A DNA stretch of 64,000 nucleotides from Blastocatellia bacterium (GTDB lineage Bacteria > Acidobacteriota > Blastocatellia > UBA7656). Position numbers and translations under genes: made by a program. Each line of letters begins with the position of its first letter. Positions within the stretch are counted from its first letter, which is position 1. The DNA is taken from contig CAVXWP010000007.1 in the NCBI GenBank assembly GCA_963765495.1, positions 576,001 through 640,000 of the forward strand. The letters run 5' to 3'. Of this stretch, positions 9,715 through 20,746 are shown piece by piece. The notes beneath the pieces were generated by a model that did no database searches, was not told the origin of the DNA, and worked only from the letters and a program-made list of their open reading frames with translations.

Positions 9715-11099
9715 TTGTCCTACATATTCTCAATTATAGATATACCCGTCGCATTATTGATAGATTTGGTGGTCCTGGCGGCTTCGACGACCGTTCTCCT
9801 GCGTTACGGGCGGTTGTCGCATTCTCACCCGGCTACTATCTATCTCTTCTTTCATCTCTATACTTTTACGACCCGGCTGATAGGGCTTGCCTTCGGCGCT
9901 CCTACTCTGTTCAGCGAGTATCTGGTCTTCTTTGAGCCTATCAGGGATTCTGAAATTGTGAGGGCCGCATTTATCGGTGATCTCGCCCTGCTCGTCATGA
10001 CGATTGCCTGGATAAAGGCCTCCCGCGATGAGTATAAGCGTGAAAAGCGGGCAAGCAATGAGGATGAGAATTATCGAAGGCTTTCATTGAGACATATCTG
10101 GGCAGTTGTATTTATCGCTTTTCCGTTAGGGATTCTGGGGCTTCTGGCATTTTCAAATTTACCCGGATTTGACGGCGACCCTATAGAACTGGGCGAATGG
10201 CAAACCTCAAGCTGGTTCTTTGTTGTGCAGGTATGGGCAGGGCTTTCGATACTGGCCCTTATCTACTGGTACGGTTTCCGGTGGTGGCTTATGGTGCCGA
10301 TGAGCCTCTATTTATTGATTATGTCCTATCAGGGATATCATCGTTTTCGCGTTGTTATTCCGGTTATTCTGTTGATCCAGATATATCTGGACAGGCATAG
10401 ACTGCGCTGGCCGCCGCCCTACGTTATGGCGCTTGCTTCTTCTCTTAATCGTCGATCTTTTTCCCGCTCAAGCAGATCGGTAAAATGGCTCAGGAAGGGG
10501 AGGGGGTCGAAGAGATAGCCGATGTCACCCGGCAGTCGGTCAATAAGGCGCTTGTGGCCAAGGCTCCCGATCAGATGTTTCTCGATGAGTTTGCCTGCGC
10601 GCTTACGCTTTCAGATGATGCGGGCCATTTTTATTACGGGGCCACCTATTTGCCACTGATAACTCTGCCCATACCCAGACAGTGGTGGCCCGAAAAGCCC
10701 GGGCTTGCCGATTACATGAATGAGATTTCAAAACCCTGGCGTCCGATGGGAGAGATGGGGATGATCGTGACTTTTCTGGGCGAGTCATATATCAATTTCG
10801 GTTATCTGGGCATCTTCCTGATCTCCTTCTTACTGGCCTATGGGTTGGGACGAATCTATTTCGTTGCCTATCGCAACCCGTACCTTTCAGTCGTCAGAAT
10901 GGCTTATCTGCTGATAGCCTGCAATCTGTTGCAAGTGTATCGCGATGGACTTGCCTCGATAGTTGTATTTACCTGGGTCAATATGATGCCTTTGATGGTT
11001 ATCATAGGACTTCATTATGTCCTGCCGGGCAAGACCGTAAAGAAACGCGCTTCTTTGACGGCTCGGGTGAGCCTTTCCGAAGGGCAGGCGCAGCCTTAG
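9715..11099 (+). pseudogene. wzy: O-antigen/EPS polymerase (Wzy-like), frameshifted near 10430-10460
   Basis: Two overlapping hydrophobic ORFs (9715-10518 and 10485-11099); second has LPIPRQWWPEKP and GESYINFGYLG typical of Wzy; ORF1 becomes hydrophilic after YVMA. Confidence 0.72.
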
Positions 11100-11139
11100 C
11101 GTTTTCCGTCTTAGCGTTTTCCGTCCGCCGGTTTTTATA

Positions 11140-12288
11140 ATGCTTCCAGTCACCGTTTGGATGAATTATCCATCTTTCTACCAGGGAGACCTGTATAGAG
11201 AACTGGTTTCGTCGGGAGAGGTAGATATAGAGGTGGTCTTTGCCAAGAATCTGACCCCGGACAGGCTGGAACTCGGATGGCAGGACGATCTGGCGGGATA
11301 CCCGCATCGGTTTATCGACCGGAGCATTTCGGCGGCCGTGCGGCTGGCGCGATCACAGCGCGACCGTATACATATTGTCAACGGGCTTTGGGCCGAACCT
11401 TCTTTTGCCGCCGCCCTTCTCACGCTCGCTTTATCAGGAAGCGCATACGCGATCTATTCCGAAGCGCCCGACCCCTGGCAGCACCGATCAGCCGGAAAGA
11501 GACTGCTGCAAACATCATTTGGAAAGACCCTCGTAGGGAGGGCTGTCGGCGTCTTACCCGTCTCTTCTCTGGCGGTTGATTTCTATAAGAGGCTGGGCGT
11601 GCCTGATAAGGCCATCTATCCTTTCGGCTACTTTCGATCCGGAGAGCGATGGGTCAGCCGCTCGACACATTCCGATGACAGGGCGAAGATTGAGATAATC
11701 TTTGCAGGGCAGATTGTTTACAGAAAAGGGCTTGATCTTCTGATTGATGCGACCAAACCGCTCTTTGAGCAGCACGGCAACCTGTTTCTGACCATAATCG
11801 GCACGGGTGAAATGAAATCGAAACTTCAAGATCAGGCAGAAGCCTGTGGCCTGACGGATCGAATACTTTTCGAAGGAGTGATACCGCCCGAAAAGATACC
11901 GGCTCGGCTGGCGAAAGCTGACCTGCTGGTTTTACCCTCGCGCTGGGATGGGTGGGGAGTGGTTGTGAACGAGGCATTCTCTGTAGGTTTGCCGGTTATC
12001 GTTTCAGATAGTTGCGGAGCATCGGACCTCGTCAATAGTGATCTGAACGGATATGTTTTTAGGAGCGGAGATGCGGATGATCTGCGCGCCTGTTTGAGTA
12101 GTTTTCTGAGCAGAAAAGCCTTCTGGCCGCATCTGCGAGCTGGTTCGCTCGAGACGGGCGCTAAGATTTCTACCGAAGAGGCGGCCCCCTATCTGATCGA
12201 ATGCATAAGACATATGATGGGGCTTCGCAGCCAACAGCCTGCCCCGCCGTGGATGCGGATGAGTGTCATCGAAGGTGCGGACCTCTAA
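11140..12288 (+). CDS. Glycosyltransferase family 4
   Basis: FAGQIVYRKG, LVLPSRWDGWGVVVNEAFSVGLPVI. Confidence 0.9.
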   Translation: MLPVTVWMNYPSFYQGDLYRELVSSGEVDIEVVFAKNLTPDRLELGWQDDLAGYPHRFIDRSISAAVRLARSQRDRIHIVNGLWAEPSFAAALLTLALSGSAYAIYSEAPDPWQHRSAGKRLLQTSFGKTLVGRAVGVLPVSSLAVDFYKRLGVPDKAIYPFGYFRSGERWVSRSTHSDDRAKIEIIFAGQIVYRKGLDLLIDATKPLFEQHGNLFLTIIGTGEMKSKLQDQAEACGLTDRILFEGVIPPEKIPARLAKADLLVLPSRWDGWGVVVNEAFSVGLPVIVSDSCGASDLVNSDLNGYVFRSGDADDLRACLSSFLSRKAFWPHLRAGSLETGAKISTEEAAPYLIECIRHMMGLRSQQPAPPWMRMSVIEGADL

Positions 12289-12289
12289 A

Positions 12290-13561
12290 ATGAGAATTGT
12301 CTTTATAGCAGATGCCCGCAGCCCCATCGCCCTCGGCTGGATCAGCCATTTTGTAGATAGCGGGCATGATGTTCACATCATCTCAACTTATCCTTGCTCG
12401 CCGGAGGTTTTGCCTCGGGCGGATATTCATCAGTTCCCGACAGCTTTTTCATCCTTTGCCCGAGCCACAAACAATAATTTATCAAAGCCTGATCTAAAGC
12501 CTTCCACAAACTCGAAAAGACTGGTGAATCTGCGAATTCCGGCGCGGTCGAGTCTGTCAATGACCGTACTGCCCTGGCTTGGGTCGGTGGATTTATACAG
12601 ATATGTTTCGCGCGCGCGCGCGTTGATAAACAGCCTGGCCCCGGATGTCGTACATGCAATGCGCATCCCTTTTGAAGGCTTGCTCGCAGCCAAAGCGACA
12701 CCTGCTCGCTTCCCTCTTATGATTTCAGTGTGGGGCAATGACTTCACATTGTTTGCCAGCCGCTATCGCGTGATAGCGCGGCAGACAAGACAGGCGATGC
12801 AAAGAGCAGACGCATTGCACTCCGATTGCCGTCGCGACATAAATCTGGCAATTCGGGATTGGGGATTTGAGGCAAAGAAACCGACTATTGTGCTGCCAAG
12901 CTCAGGAGGGATTCGCCTCTCAATATTTCATGCGGAGAATGCCGATTCTGCGATTCGAGATGATCTGGGCATCGCGCGCGACGCGCCCGTTATAATCAAC
13001 CCGCGCGGCTTTCGCAGTTATGTGCGCAACGATATCTTTTTTCAGGCGATTCCGCAGGTGCTCGGTTCGTTTCCAAAAGCCGTCTTCATTTGCAGCGCGA
13101 TGCAGGGGAATCCAGTCGCCGAAAAGTGGGTCAGACGGATGCGGATTCGAGAAAACGTGCGGTTGCTGCCCCCCGTGCCGCACGAACAGATGGCGGATTT
13201 GTTTCGTCTGGCACATGTAGCCGTATCCCCCAGCCTGCATGACGGGACTCCGAACACTCTGCTTGAGGCGATGGCCTGTGGATGTTTCCCCGTTGCGGGC
13301 GATATCGAATCCGTGCGCGAATGGATCACCGATGGAGTGAACGGATTGTTGTGCGATCCGAACGATGTTGAATCGCTCGCCGGGGCGGTTGAGTGTTCCC
13401 TGAGTGACGGCGCGTTGCGTGCAAGAGCAAAAGAGCACAACGCCGTGTTGATACGCGAGCGGGCCGAATATTCTCAGGTGATGTCGCGTGCAGAGATCTT
13501 CTATTTTGATATTGCGAAAGGCTTTGCCCGCAGCGGAGTCTCTCGATCAGTCGAGGCTTGA
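12290..13561 (+). CDS. Glycosyltransferase family 4
   Basis: MRIVFIAD start, VSPSLHDGTPNTLLEAMACG. Confidence 0.88.
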   Translation: MRIVFIADARSPIALGWISHFVDSGHDVHIISTYPCSPEVLPRADIHQFPTAFSSFARATNNNLSKPDLKPSTNSKRLVNLRIPARSSLSMTVLPWLGSVDLYRYVSRARALINSLAPDVVHAMRIPFEGLLAAKATPARFPLMISVWGNDFTLFASRYRVIARQTRQAMQRADALHSDCRRDINLAIRDWGFEAKKPTIVLPSSGGIRLSIFHAENADSAIRDDLGIARDAPVIINPRGFRSYVRNDIFFQAIPQVLGSFPKAVFICSAMQGNPVAEKWVRRMRIRENVRLLPPVPHEQMADLFRLAHVAVSPSLHDGTPNTLLEAMACGCFPVAGDIESVREWITDGVNGLLCDPNDVESLAGAVECSLSDGALRARAKEHNAVLIRERAEYSQVMSRAEIFYFDIAKGFARSGVSRSVEA

Positions 13562-13575
13562 GCATCTGGAAAATT

Positions 13576-15120
13576 ATGGATCCTCGGAGTGTTGCCGCAT
13601 ACGTTGGCGAAAGCAAATCATATCCGCGCCAACCGCCTTTTCACCCGGATCAGCGATATGCTGAGTATGAGTTTGGCGAAACGGGGTCGGAGCCAAACCA
13701 GGCCTACGGGGCGGTGCGTGCCTGTTTGCGGGAAGCCGGGCTCGATTATGAGCGATTCGACACGCAGCAGTGGAACCCATTGAGCGGTCTCATAAATCCC
13801 GGGGAGACGGTCCTGCTCAAGCCGAATCTGGTCAAAGAATCCCACCCTCGCGACCCCGAAGGCTGGCGCTATGTGCTCACGCACGGCAGTATCATCCGCG
13901 TTGTTGCCGACTACGTCTGGAAAGCGCTCGCTGGTCGGGGCAAAGTCATCATAGCCGATGCGCCTCAAACCGATTCTTCCTTTGCGGAGATAGCGCGCCT
14001 GCTCGGGCTTGCGGAGTTGCGCGAATTTTACAGGTCTCGCGGGTTGGATTTTGAACTGATCGATCTTCGACAGGAAGAGTGGGTCAACAAAGACAATGTC
14101 ATAATCAGTCGCCGGAAACTTTCAGGCGACCCTTATGGCTCGGTCGCATTCGATCTGGGTGAGAAAAGCGAATTTTCTTCTCATAAAGGCAGCGGCAATT
14201 ATTACGGGGCTGATTATGATATGGGCGCGGTCAATTATCACCACAGCGACGGCCGCCACGAATACCTGATCGCAGGGTGCGCCATAAAATGCGATGTCGT
14301 CTTCAGTCTGCCCAAACTGAAGACGCACAAAAAAGCCGGGATCACCGTGAGCTTGAAGAACCTCGTGGGCGTAAACGGCGACAAGAACTGGCTCCCTCAT
14401 CACACGGAAGGCCACCCCTCCGAAGGCGGAGACGAACATCCGAATCCCGACACCAGGCATAAAGCAGAGCGAAAGCTGGCCTCATACTTTCGCCGGATGT
14501 CGCTCAGGCTGCCCGGCGCAGGGACATGGCTTCATCGCCACGCGAGGCGCGTAGGCGCTCACATCTTTGGCGATACGGAAAAGGTGATTCGCAGCGGGAA
14601 CTGGTGGGGCAACGATACTATCTGGCGAATGTGCCTCGATCTTAACAAGATAATTCTTTACGGCGATCAGGATGGAACTATGCGGCAGGCCAAGCCTGAA
14701 AACAGAAAGCGCCATTTTGTGCTTGTAGACGGCCTGATTGCGGGCGAAGGGCGCGGGCCTGCAAATCCTGACCCGATTGAGGCGGGTCTTATAGTCTTTG
14801 GCACGCATCCGGCAAGCGTCGATGCCGCGTGCGCCTGCTTGATGGGTTTCGATCCTGAACGAATCCCCATCGTGCGCCAGGCCTTTAAGTGTCTTCACTA
14901 CCCGCTTGCCGAATGGCGCTGGACCGATGTGCGCCTCGTAAGCAATCGCGCGGAGTGGAGCCGAAATATTTCTGAGATTACCGATAAAGATACTTTTCAC
15001 TTCCGCCCCCATTTCGGATGGAAAGATCATATCGAACGCGCGACGAGCGGGGCGGGCTCAGATTACCAGCACAATGCCTTTATTCAGGATACGGAAAGTG
15101 ATGCGATATCTCACAGATGA
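13576..15120 (+). CDS. DUF362 domain-containing protein
   Basis: VLLKPNLV, LPKLKTHKKAGITVSLKNLVG, VDGLIAGEGRGP, VDAACACLMGFDP motifs. Confidence 0.8.
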   Translation: MDPRSVAAYVGESKSYPRQPPFHPDQRYAEYEFGETGSEPNQAYGAVRACLREAGLDYERFDTQQWNPLSGLINPGETVLLKPNLVKESHPRDPEGWRYVLTHGSIIRVVADYVWKALAGRGKVIIADAPQTDSSFAEIARLLGLAELREFYRSRGLDFELIDLRQEEWVNKDNVIISRRKLSGDPYGSVAFDLGEKSEFSSHKGSGNYYGADYDMGAVNYHHSDGRHEYLIAGCAIKCDVVFSLPKLKTHKKAGITVSLKNLVGVNGDKNWLPHHTEGHPSEGGDEHPNPDTRHKAERKLASYFRRMSLRLPGAGTWLHRHARRVGAHIFGDTEKVIRSGNWWGNDTIWRMCLDLNKIILYGDQDGTMRQAKPENRKRHFVLVDGLIAGEGRGPANPDPIEAGLIVFGTHPASVDAACACLMGFDPERIPIVRQAFKCLHYPLAEWRWTDVRLVSNRAEWSRNISEITDKDTFHFRPHFGWKDHIERATSGAGSDYQHNAFIQDTESDAISHR

Positions 15121-16580
15121 CAAGGTTTGCCATGTCTGATTTGAAGGAGAGAATATACCCTCATCTGCCGATATTTTTGCAGAACATAGCCTGCGGAATT
15201 CAGGGGGCTTCGCAGCGAAAGCTCCGCTACGGAGGCGCATTTCAGGAACTGCTCGCGTGGCTTGGCGAAAGCGAGTGGTGGCCCGCCGAAAAGATTCGGG
15301 AATACCAGGAAGAACAACTGGAAAAATTGCTCGCGCACGCATACCGAACGGTTCCTTATTACCGGCGAGTCTTCGATGAGCGCGGGCTGAAACCGGCGGA
15401 CATAAGATCAATAGAGGACCTGCCGAAGTTGCCCGTGCTTACCAAAGAAGATGTGCGCGATCATTTTGATGAGATGGTCTCTACCGAGTTTCCCCGCAAC
15501 CGGATGGTCTCTTGTCATACGAGCGGGACCATGGGCAAGAGCCTGCAATTTTACATGGAGCCGCGAGCCTTTCAATTTCGGTGGGCCGTATGGTGGAGAC
15601 ACCGCGGGCGATTCAAAATCAAATTCGATGAGCCTTACGCCACCTTCACAGGGCTTGCGGCTGTTCCGCTCCATCAAGAAAGCCCGCCCTTCTGGCGCGA
15701 GAATCACCCCATGCATCAGACAATTTTCACGATGCATCATATCGTGCCTTCCAAGGTGGAAGCGATTGCCAAACGGCTGAACGCCGGAGGTTTCAAATAC
15801 TATTCCGGCTACCCCTCGATACTCGCCGTGCTTGCCAATTTCATCGAAGAGAGCGGGCTCGAAATCAAAAAAACTCCCGCGATGATCTTTACGGGAGCTG
15901 AGAATCTGTATGAGGATCAGCGGCAATTGATCACAAGGGTTTTCAAGGCTTTTGTGACTGACGAGTACGGCTTTTCGGAAGGGTGCGGAAACGCTTCGCG
16001 TTGCGAGGCAGACTTGTTTCATGAAGATTTCGAATACGGTATTCTTGAATGCTCTGAGCCGGAAGCGATTGACGCTGAAACCACGCAGGGGCGAATTCTC
16101 GCCACCGGTTTTGCAGGGTACGGCATGCCTTTTATCCGCTATGACGTTGGAGATATGGGCATGTGGAAATCTAAAAGATGCGCCTGCGGGCGAAACACGC
16201 GGGTGCTTTCAAAGATAAACGGCAGGGTCGAAGATTATGTCATCACGCCGGAAGGCCGCAAGATACTGCGCTTCGATTATATTTTCAAGGATACGCGGAA
16301 TGTGCGAGAGGCTCAGGTAGTTCAAAAAGAACTCGGCCGTATCTGTTTGCGAATCGCGCGGCGACCCGATTACTCCGAGGCCGATGAAGAGTTTCTCAGA
16401 CGCGAGGTCAAGGCCAGAGTCAGTTCACACCTGCTTGTAGACTTCGAGTATGTCAGCGAGATAGAGCGCGAATCTAACGGAAAGGTCCGGGCCGTGAAAT
16501 CGCTCATCAAATCAAAAGGCGCAGAAAATGATAGGCAAAGCCCGTCAAATCCAACAACTGTGGCAACACTTCGGCCCTGA
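15117..16580 (+). CDS. Phenylacetate-CoA ligase family protein (CapK-like adenylate-forming enzyme)
   Basis: AYRTVPYYR, LPVLTKEDVR, HTSGTMG, YGFSEG, MPFIRYDVGD, GRVED. Confidence 0.87.
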   Translation: MTRFAMSDLKERIYPHLPIFLQNIACGIQGASQRKLRYGGAFQELLAWLGESEWWPAEKIREYQEEQLEKLLAHAYRTVPYYRRVFDERGLKPADIRSIEDLPKLPVLTKEDVRDHFDEMVSTEFPRNRMVSCHTSGTMGKSLQFYMEPRAFQFRWAVWWRHRGRFKIKFDEPYATFTGLAAVPLHQESPPFWRENHPMHQTIFTMHHIVPSKVEAIAKRLNAGGFKYYSGYPSILAVLANFIEESGLEIKKTPAMIFTGAENLYEDQRQLITRVFKAFVTDEYGFSEGCGNASRCEADLFHEDFEYGILECSEPEAIDAETTQGRILATGFAGYGMPFIRYDVGDMGMWKSKRCACGRNTRVLSKINGRVEDYVITPEGRKILRFDYIFKDTRNVREAQVVQKELGRICLRIARRPDYSEADEEFLRREVKARVSSHLLVDFEYVSEIERESNGKVRAVKSLIKSKGAENDRQSPSNPTTVATLRP

Positions 16581-18717
16581 GTGGCTGGCCTATCGCCTCA
16601 CCTATGCTACTCGCCTGCGCACCGGCATGCTGCGCAGGAGCATCCCCGCGACCGACTGGCCCTCTCAACCTCTGGGCGGCTTTCTGAAAAACCCGGCTCT
16701 CAAAGAGCCGGAGAGCTATTTGAATTATCGCCGAGAGCAAGCCCCCTCTTTTTTTTTCACACCTTCCAGTCGCAGTCTTTATCAACCCTGTTTCGCCCGA
16801 TGGGATAAAGAGAACACGGGGCCGCTCGATCTGAGCGACGAGATAGCGCGGGGGACTCTCAGGTATTTCGATCACACCCCGGTGCAGACGGGCTTTCCTC
16901 CCGACTGGCATCTCAATCCTTTCACAAAAGAGCGAGCGCCCGCCGACCGTCACTGGAGCGAGATAAATGATTTCGACCACGGCGACATAAAGATCATCTG
17001 GGAGGCGTCACGCTTCGGATTCGCCTTTACGCTTGTGCGCGCATACTGGCGCACGACGGATGCGCGCTACGCCGAAATGTTCTGGCAGGCGGTCGAAGAC
17101 TGGCGAGAGAACAATCCGCCGCAGCAGGGGGCTAACTGGAAATGCGGTCAGGAGACGAGTCTGCGTTTGATGGCGTGGTGTTTTGCGCTCTACGGCCTTC
17201 TGGACTCTCCTGCCACGACCGCCGGTCGCGTTCGAATGCTTGCGCAGATGATAGCCGTATCCGCTTGCCGCACAGAGGCCAATTTCAGCTACGGGCTCTC
17301 GCAACGCAACAACCACGGCATCAGCGAAGCGGTCGGGCTTTACACGGTCGGTCGGTTATTTCCCGAATTCTATCAGGCCCCGAAGTGGAAGCGGATGGGC
17401 GCGGAGGCGCTGGAATCTCAAGCGCGCCAGTTGATCTACGATGACGGGGCCTTTTCGCAACACTCGGTCAATTACCATCGGTTGATGTTGCACGATTATC
17501 TCTGGGCGATCAGGCTCGGCGATTTGCAGGACTCGCCCTTTAGCGAAGAAGTGAAAGATCGCGTAAGGCGAGCGGGCGAGTTTCTTTACCTGATTCAAGA
17601 CGCTGAGACGGGTCGCCTGCCCTGTTATGGTCAAAACGACGGGGCGCTCATTCTGCCGCTCAACAACTGCGACTATCAGGATTTTCGGCCCGTCATTCAA
17701 TCCATCAATTATCTCTCGACCGGCGCTCGTTGTTATGACGACGGAGCTTGGGATGAAGACTTGCTCTGGCTGTTTGGTCCCGACGCTGTGAGCGCAAAGG
17801 TAGCAAAACCGCTCCAATCTGATCTCAATGCTGAGACTGGCGGATACTATACGATGCGCTCCGGGTCGGGCTTTGCTTTTATCAGGTGCGCCACTTTCCG
17901 CGACCGTCCGAGCCAGGCCGATATGCTCCATTTCGATCTGTGGTGGCGAGGCCGGAATATAGCTATAGACGCGGGAACCTACAGTTATAACGCTCCTGAT
18001 CCGTGGAATAATCCTCTTGCTCATACGGCTTACCACAATACTGTGAGCGTAGACTCGCTTGATCAGATGGAGCGCGTGAGCAGGTTTTTGTGGATGCCCT
18101 GGCTCAAGGGGCGCGCGGGTTACGCCGAGAAATCTATCGGCGGTAGACTGGCTTACTGGGAAGGCGGGCACAACGGTTATCAGAGATTGAAAACGCCGGT
18201 CAATTACAGGCGCGGCGTATTGCGACTCGGCGATGAGTGGTGGCTTGTGCTCGATGATCTGACAAGCGGCGCGGAGCATCTTTACAGATTGCACTGGTTG
18301 CTTGCAGACGCTCCCTGCGAGTGGAAACAGGATCGGGGGAGACTATCGCTTGAGACTGCTGCCGGAGATTATGGAATCGAAATTGGGACTTTCTCAGGCA
18401 GCGCCGACAGTTCGCTTGTGCGCGCCGATGAAGAGAGCCCGCGAGGCTGGCGCGCTCCATATTACAATTATCGCGAGCCTGCGTTGTCTCTGGACCTGAT
18501 TCAGAAAGCCGCCTCCATCCGGTTCTGGACCCTCTTCGGGCCGGGCAGCGCGCACGTGATTATGGATGAGGCAAGTTTCAGGATAGAGGCAGAAGAGTGG
18601 CAGGCGAGAGTTCAATTGCAGACTGATGATCGGGGGCCGCTGATAAACTCGGTTATGTTAAGCTCGGTTATTTCGACCGGAGCGATTGCAGACGAATTGA
18701 GGATTTCAGGATATTAG
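16528..18717 (+). CDS. Heparinase II/III family protein
   Basis: DIKIIWEASRF, QRNNHGISE, QHSVNYHR, DAGTYSY, HNTV motifs. Confidence 0.85.
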   Translation: MIGKARQIQQLWQHFGPEWLAYRLTYATRLRTGMLRRSIPATDWPSQPLGGFLKNPALKEPESYLNYRREQAPSFFFTPSSRSLYQPCFARWDKENTGPLDLSDEIARGTLRYFDHTPVQTGFPPDWHLNPFTKERAPADRHWSEINDFDHGDIKIIWEASRFGFAFTLVRAYWRTTDARYAEMFWQAVEDWRENNPPQQGANWKCGQETSLRLMAWCFALYGLLDSPATTAGRVRMLAQMIAVSACRTEANFSYGLSQRNNHGISEAVGLYTVGRLFPEFYQAPKWKRMGAEALESQARQLIYDDGAFSQHSVNYHRLMLHDYLWAIRLGDLQDSPFSEEVKDRVRRAGEFLYLIQDAETGRLPCYGQNDGALILPLNNCDYQDFRPVIQSINYLSTGARCYDDGAWDEDLLWLFGPDAVSAKVAKPLQSDLNAETGGYYTMRSGSGFAFIRCATFRDRPSQADMLHFDLWWRGRNIAIDAGTYSYNAPDPWNNPLAHTAYHNTVSVDSLDQMERVSRFLWMPWLKGRAGYAEKSIGGRLAYWEGGHNGYQRLKTPVNYRRGVLRLGDEWWLVLDDLTSGAEHLYRLHWLLADAPCEWKQDRGRLSLETAAGDYGIEIGTFSGSADSSLVRADEESPRGWRAPYYNYREPALSLDLIQKAASIRFWTLFGPGSAHVIMDEASFRIEAEEWQARVQLQTDDRGPLINSVMLSSVISTGAIADELRISGY

Positions 18718-18853
18718 GCGAGGAGGCCGCGCCCTGAAAGGGCGCAGATCACTGGCCACTGATCATTGATCGCTGATCACTAAACGCTGGTCCGGCTATC
18801 ATTCTTCGCCCCTTCCACCGTCAGGGATTTTGCGTAACTTGAGCGGGAATTTC

Positions 18854-20746
18854 ATGATGCGTGTTCTTCTCATCCATCAGGCATTCGCCTCGCCCGGAGA
18901 GCCGGGCGGGACTCGCCATTTCGAACTGGCTCGCCATTCGATGGCCCGTGGGATTGACTTTACTATAGTCGCCTCAAACCTGAGCTATTTGACCGGCGAG
19001 CGTGTTGCCTCAGACGAAGGGGCCACACCCGAACAAGACCTTGATGGAGTGCGGGTACTCAGGGCTTACGTCTATCCTTCGCTCCATCGCAGCTTCTTCT
19101 GGCGCGTCGTTTCCTTCCTGAGCTTTATGCTCACCTCGATCAAAGTGGCTCTCGGAGCCGGGCCTGTAGACATAGTGATGGGAACTTCGCCTCCGATTTT
19201 CCAGGCTGTTTCGGCCTGGATCGTAGCCGTTATTCGTCGTCGGCCTTTCCTGCTTGAGATACGCGATCTCTGGCCCGAGTTCGCAATAGACATGGGGGTG
19301 CTGACCAATCCGATTCTTATAAAATGCTCTCGCCTGCTTGAACGATTCCTTTACCGGCGAGCCGCGCACCTCGTAGTCAACTCTCCGGCCTATCGCTACT
19401 ATCTTCTCGAAAGAGGGGTGGCGGAATCGAAAATCAGCCTGATACCAAACGGCGTAGACCCGAATATGTTTGACCCTCGGGCAAGAGGCGAGCGCGTAAG
19501 GCAGGAGTTGAATCTGCGAGACCGATTCGTAGTGACATACGCCGGGGCGCTTGGTATGGCCAATGACATCCCTACTATTTTGAGGGCGGCAGATCGTCTG
19601 CGCGATCACACAGAGATTCACTTTTTACTTGTAGGCGACGGCAAAGAGCGCGCCAATCTGGAAGCATTAGCCGACCGGATGCAACTTCATAACGTGACTC
19701 TGGCAGGCCCGCGCCCAAAGGCGGAGATGGCCGATATACTGGCCGCAAGCGATGTCTGCGTCGCTACCTTGAAAGACATTCCGATGTTTCGCACCACATA
19801 CCCCAACAAGGTTTTCGATTATATGGCTGCCGGGCGGCCCACCATTCTTGCGATAGACGGCGTTATCCGCGAGGTGGTTGAAGCCTCATACGGAGGGATA
19901 TTCGTGCCGCCGGGCGATGACGCCGCTCTTGCCGCTGCCGTGGTTGCGCTTGGCGAAAATAAAGAGATGTGTGCGGCAATGGGAGAGGCAGCCCGGGCCT
20001 ATGTGGTTGAGCGTTTCAGTCGAGGGCGGCAGGCAACCGATTTCGTAGAACTGCTAAATAGGCTTGCGCAGTCTAAAAAGACACAACCTAAAAAGACACA
20101 GCCTGAAAATAAACATATCGCCGCCGGGTTCTATAGCCGCGCGGGCAAGCGCCTCTTCGATCTAATAGTGACAATCCCGGCGGTCATCCTGCTTTTGCCT
20201 GTATTTGCGATTGTCGCGCTGCTTGTGCGAATCAAACTCGGTTCGCCTGTTCTGTTTCGGCAGCAAAGACCGGGTCTCGACGGAAAGCCTTTCGTGCTGT
20301 TCAAGTTTCGCACCATGACGGACGGGCGCTCGGCAAACGGGCAACTGCTGCCCGATGCAGAGAGACTGACGCCGTTCGGATTGTTTCTACGCAGCACAAG
20401 TCTTGATGAATTGCCCGAACTCCTGAACGTCTTGAGAGGGAAGATGAGCCTTGTCGGCCCGCGCCCGCTCCTGATGGAATATCTCGTTCGCTACACTCCC
20501 GAACAGATGAGGAGGCACGCCGTAAAGCCGGGAATCACGGGCTGGGCGCAGATCAACGGGCGCAATGCAATCACCTGGGAAGCGAGATTCAAGCTCGATG
20601 TCTGGTATGTTGACAGATGTAGTCTGTGGTTGGACATCAGGATTCTATGCTTGACGTTTATTAAGATGCTGAAGCGCGAAGGCATCAGCGCGGAAGGGCA
20701 CTCGACTATGCCGGTCTTTATGGGATCTGAGGGAGAGGAGCGATGA
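18854..20746 (+). CDS. Fusion: GT4 (WbuB-like) plus bacterial sugar transferase (PglC-like phosphoglycosyl transferase)
   Basis: N-part LEIRDLWPE, YPNKVFDYMAAGRP; C-part KRLFDL, KFRTM, SLDELPEL, MSLVGPRP, KPGITGWAQINGRN. Confidence 0.88.
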   Translation: MMRVLLIHQAFASPGEPGGTRHFELARHSMARGIDFTIVASNLSYLTGERVASDEGATPEQDLDGVRVLRAYVYPSLHRSFFWRVVSFLSFMLTSIKVALGAGPVDIVMGTSPPIFQAVSAWIVAVIRRRPFLLEIRDLWPEFAIDMGVLTNPILIKCSRLLERFLYRRAAHLVVNSPAYRYYLLERGVAESKISLIPNGVDPNMFDPRARGERVRQELNLRDRFVVTYAGALGMANDIPTILRAADRLRDHTEIHFLLVGDGKERANLEALADRMQLHNVTLAGPRPKAEMADILAASDVCVATLKDIPMFRTTYPNKVFDYMAAGRPTILAIDGVIREVVEASYGGIFVPPGDDAALAAAVVALGENKEMCAAMGEAARAYVVERFSRGRQATDFVELLNRLAQSKKTQPKKTQPENKHIAAGFYSRAGKRLFDLIVTIPAVILLLPVFAIVALLVRIKLGSPVLFRQQRPGLDGKPFVLFKFRTMTDGRSANGQLLPDAERLTPFGLFLRSTSLDELPELLNVLRGKMSLVGPRPLLMEYLVRYTPEQMRRHAVKPGITGWAQINGRNAITWEARFKLDVWYVDRCSLWLDIRILCLTFIKMLKREGISAEGHSTMPVFMGSEGEER

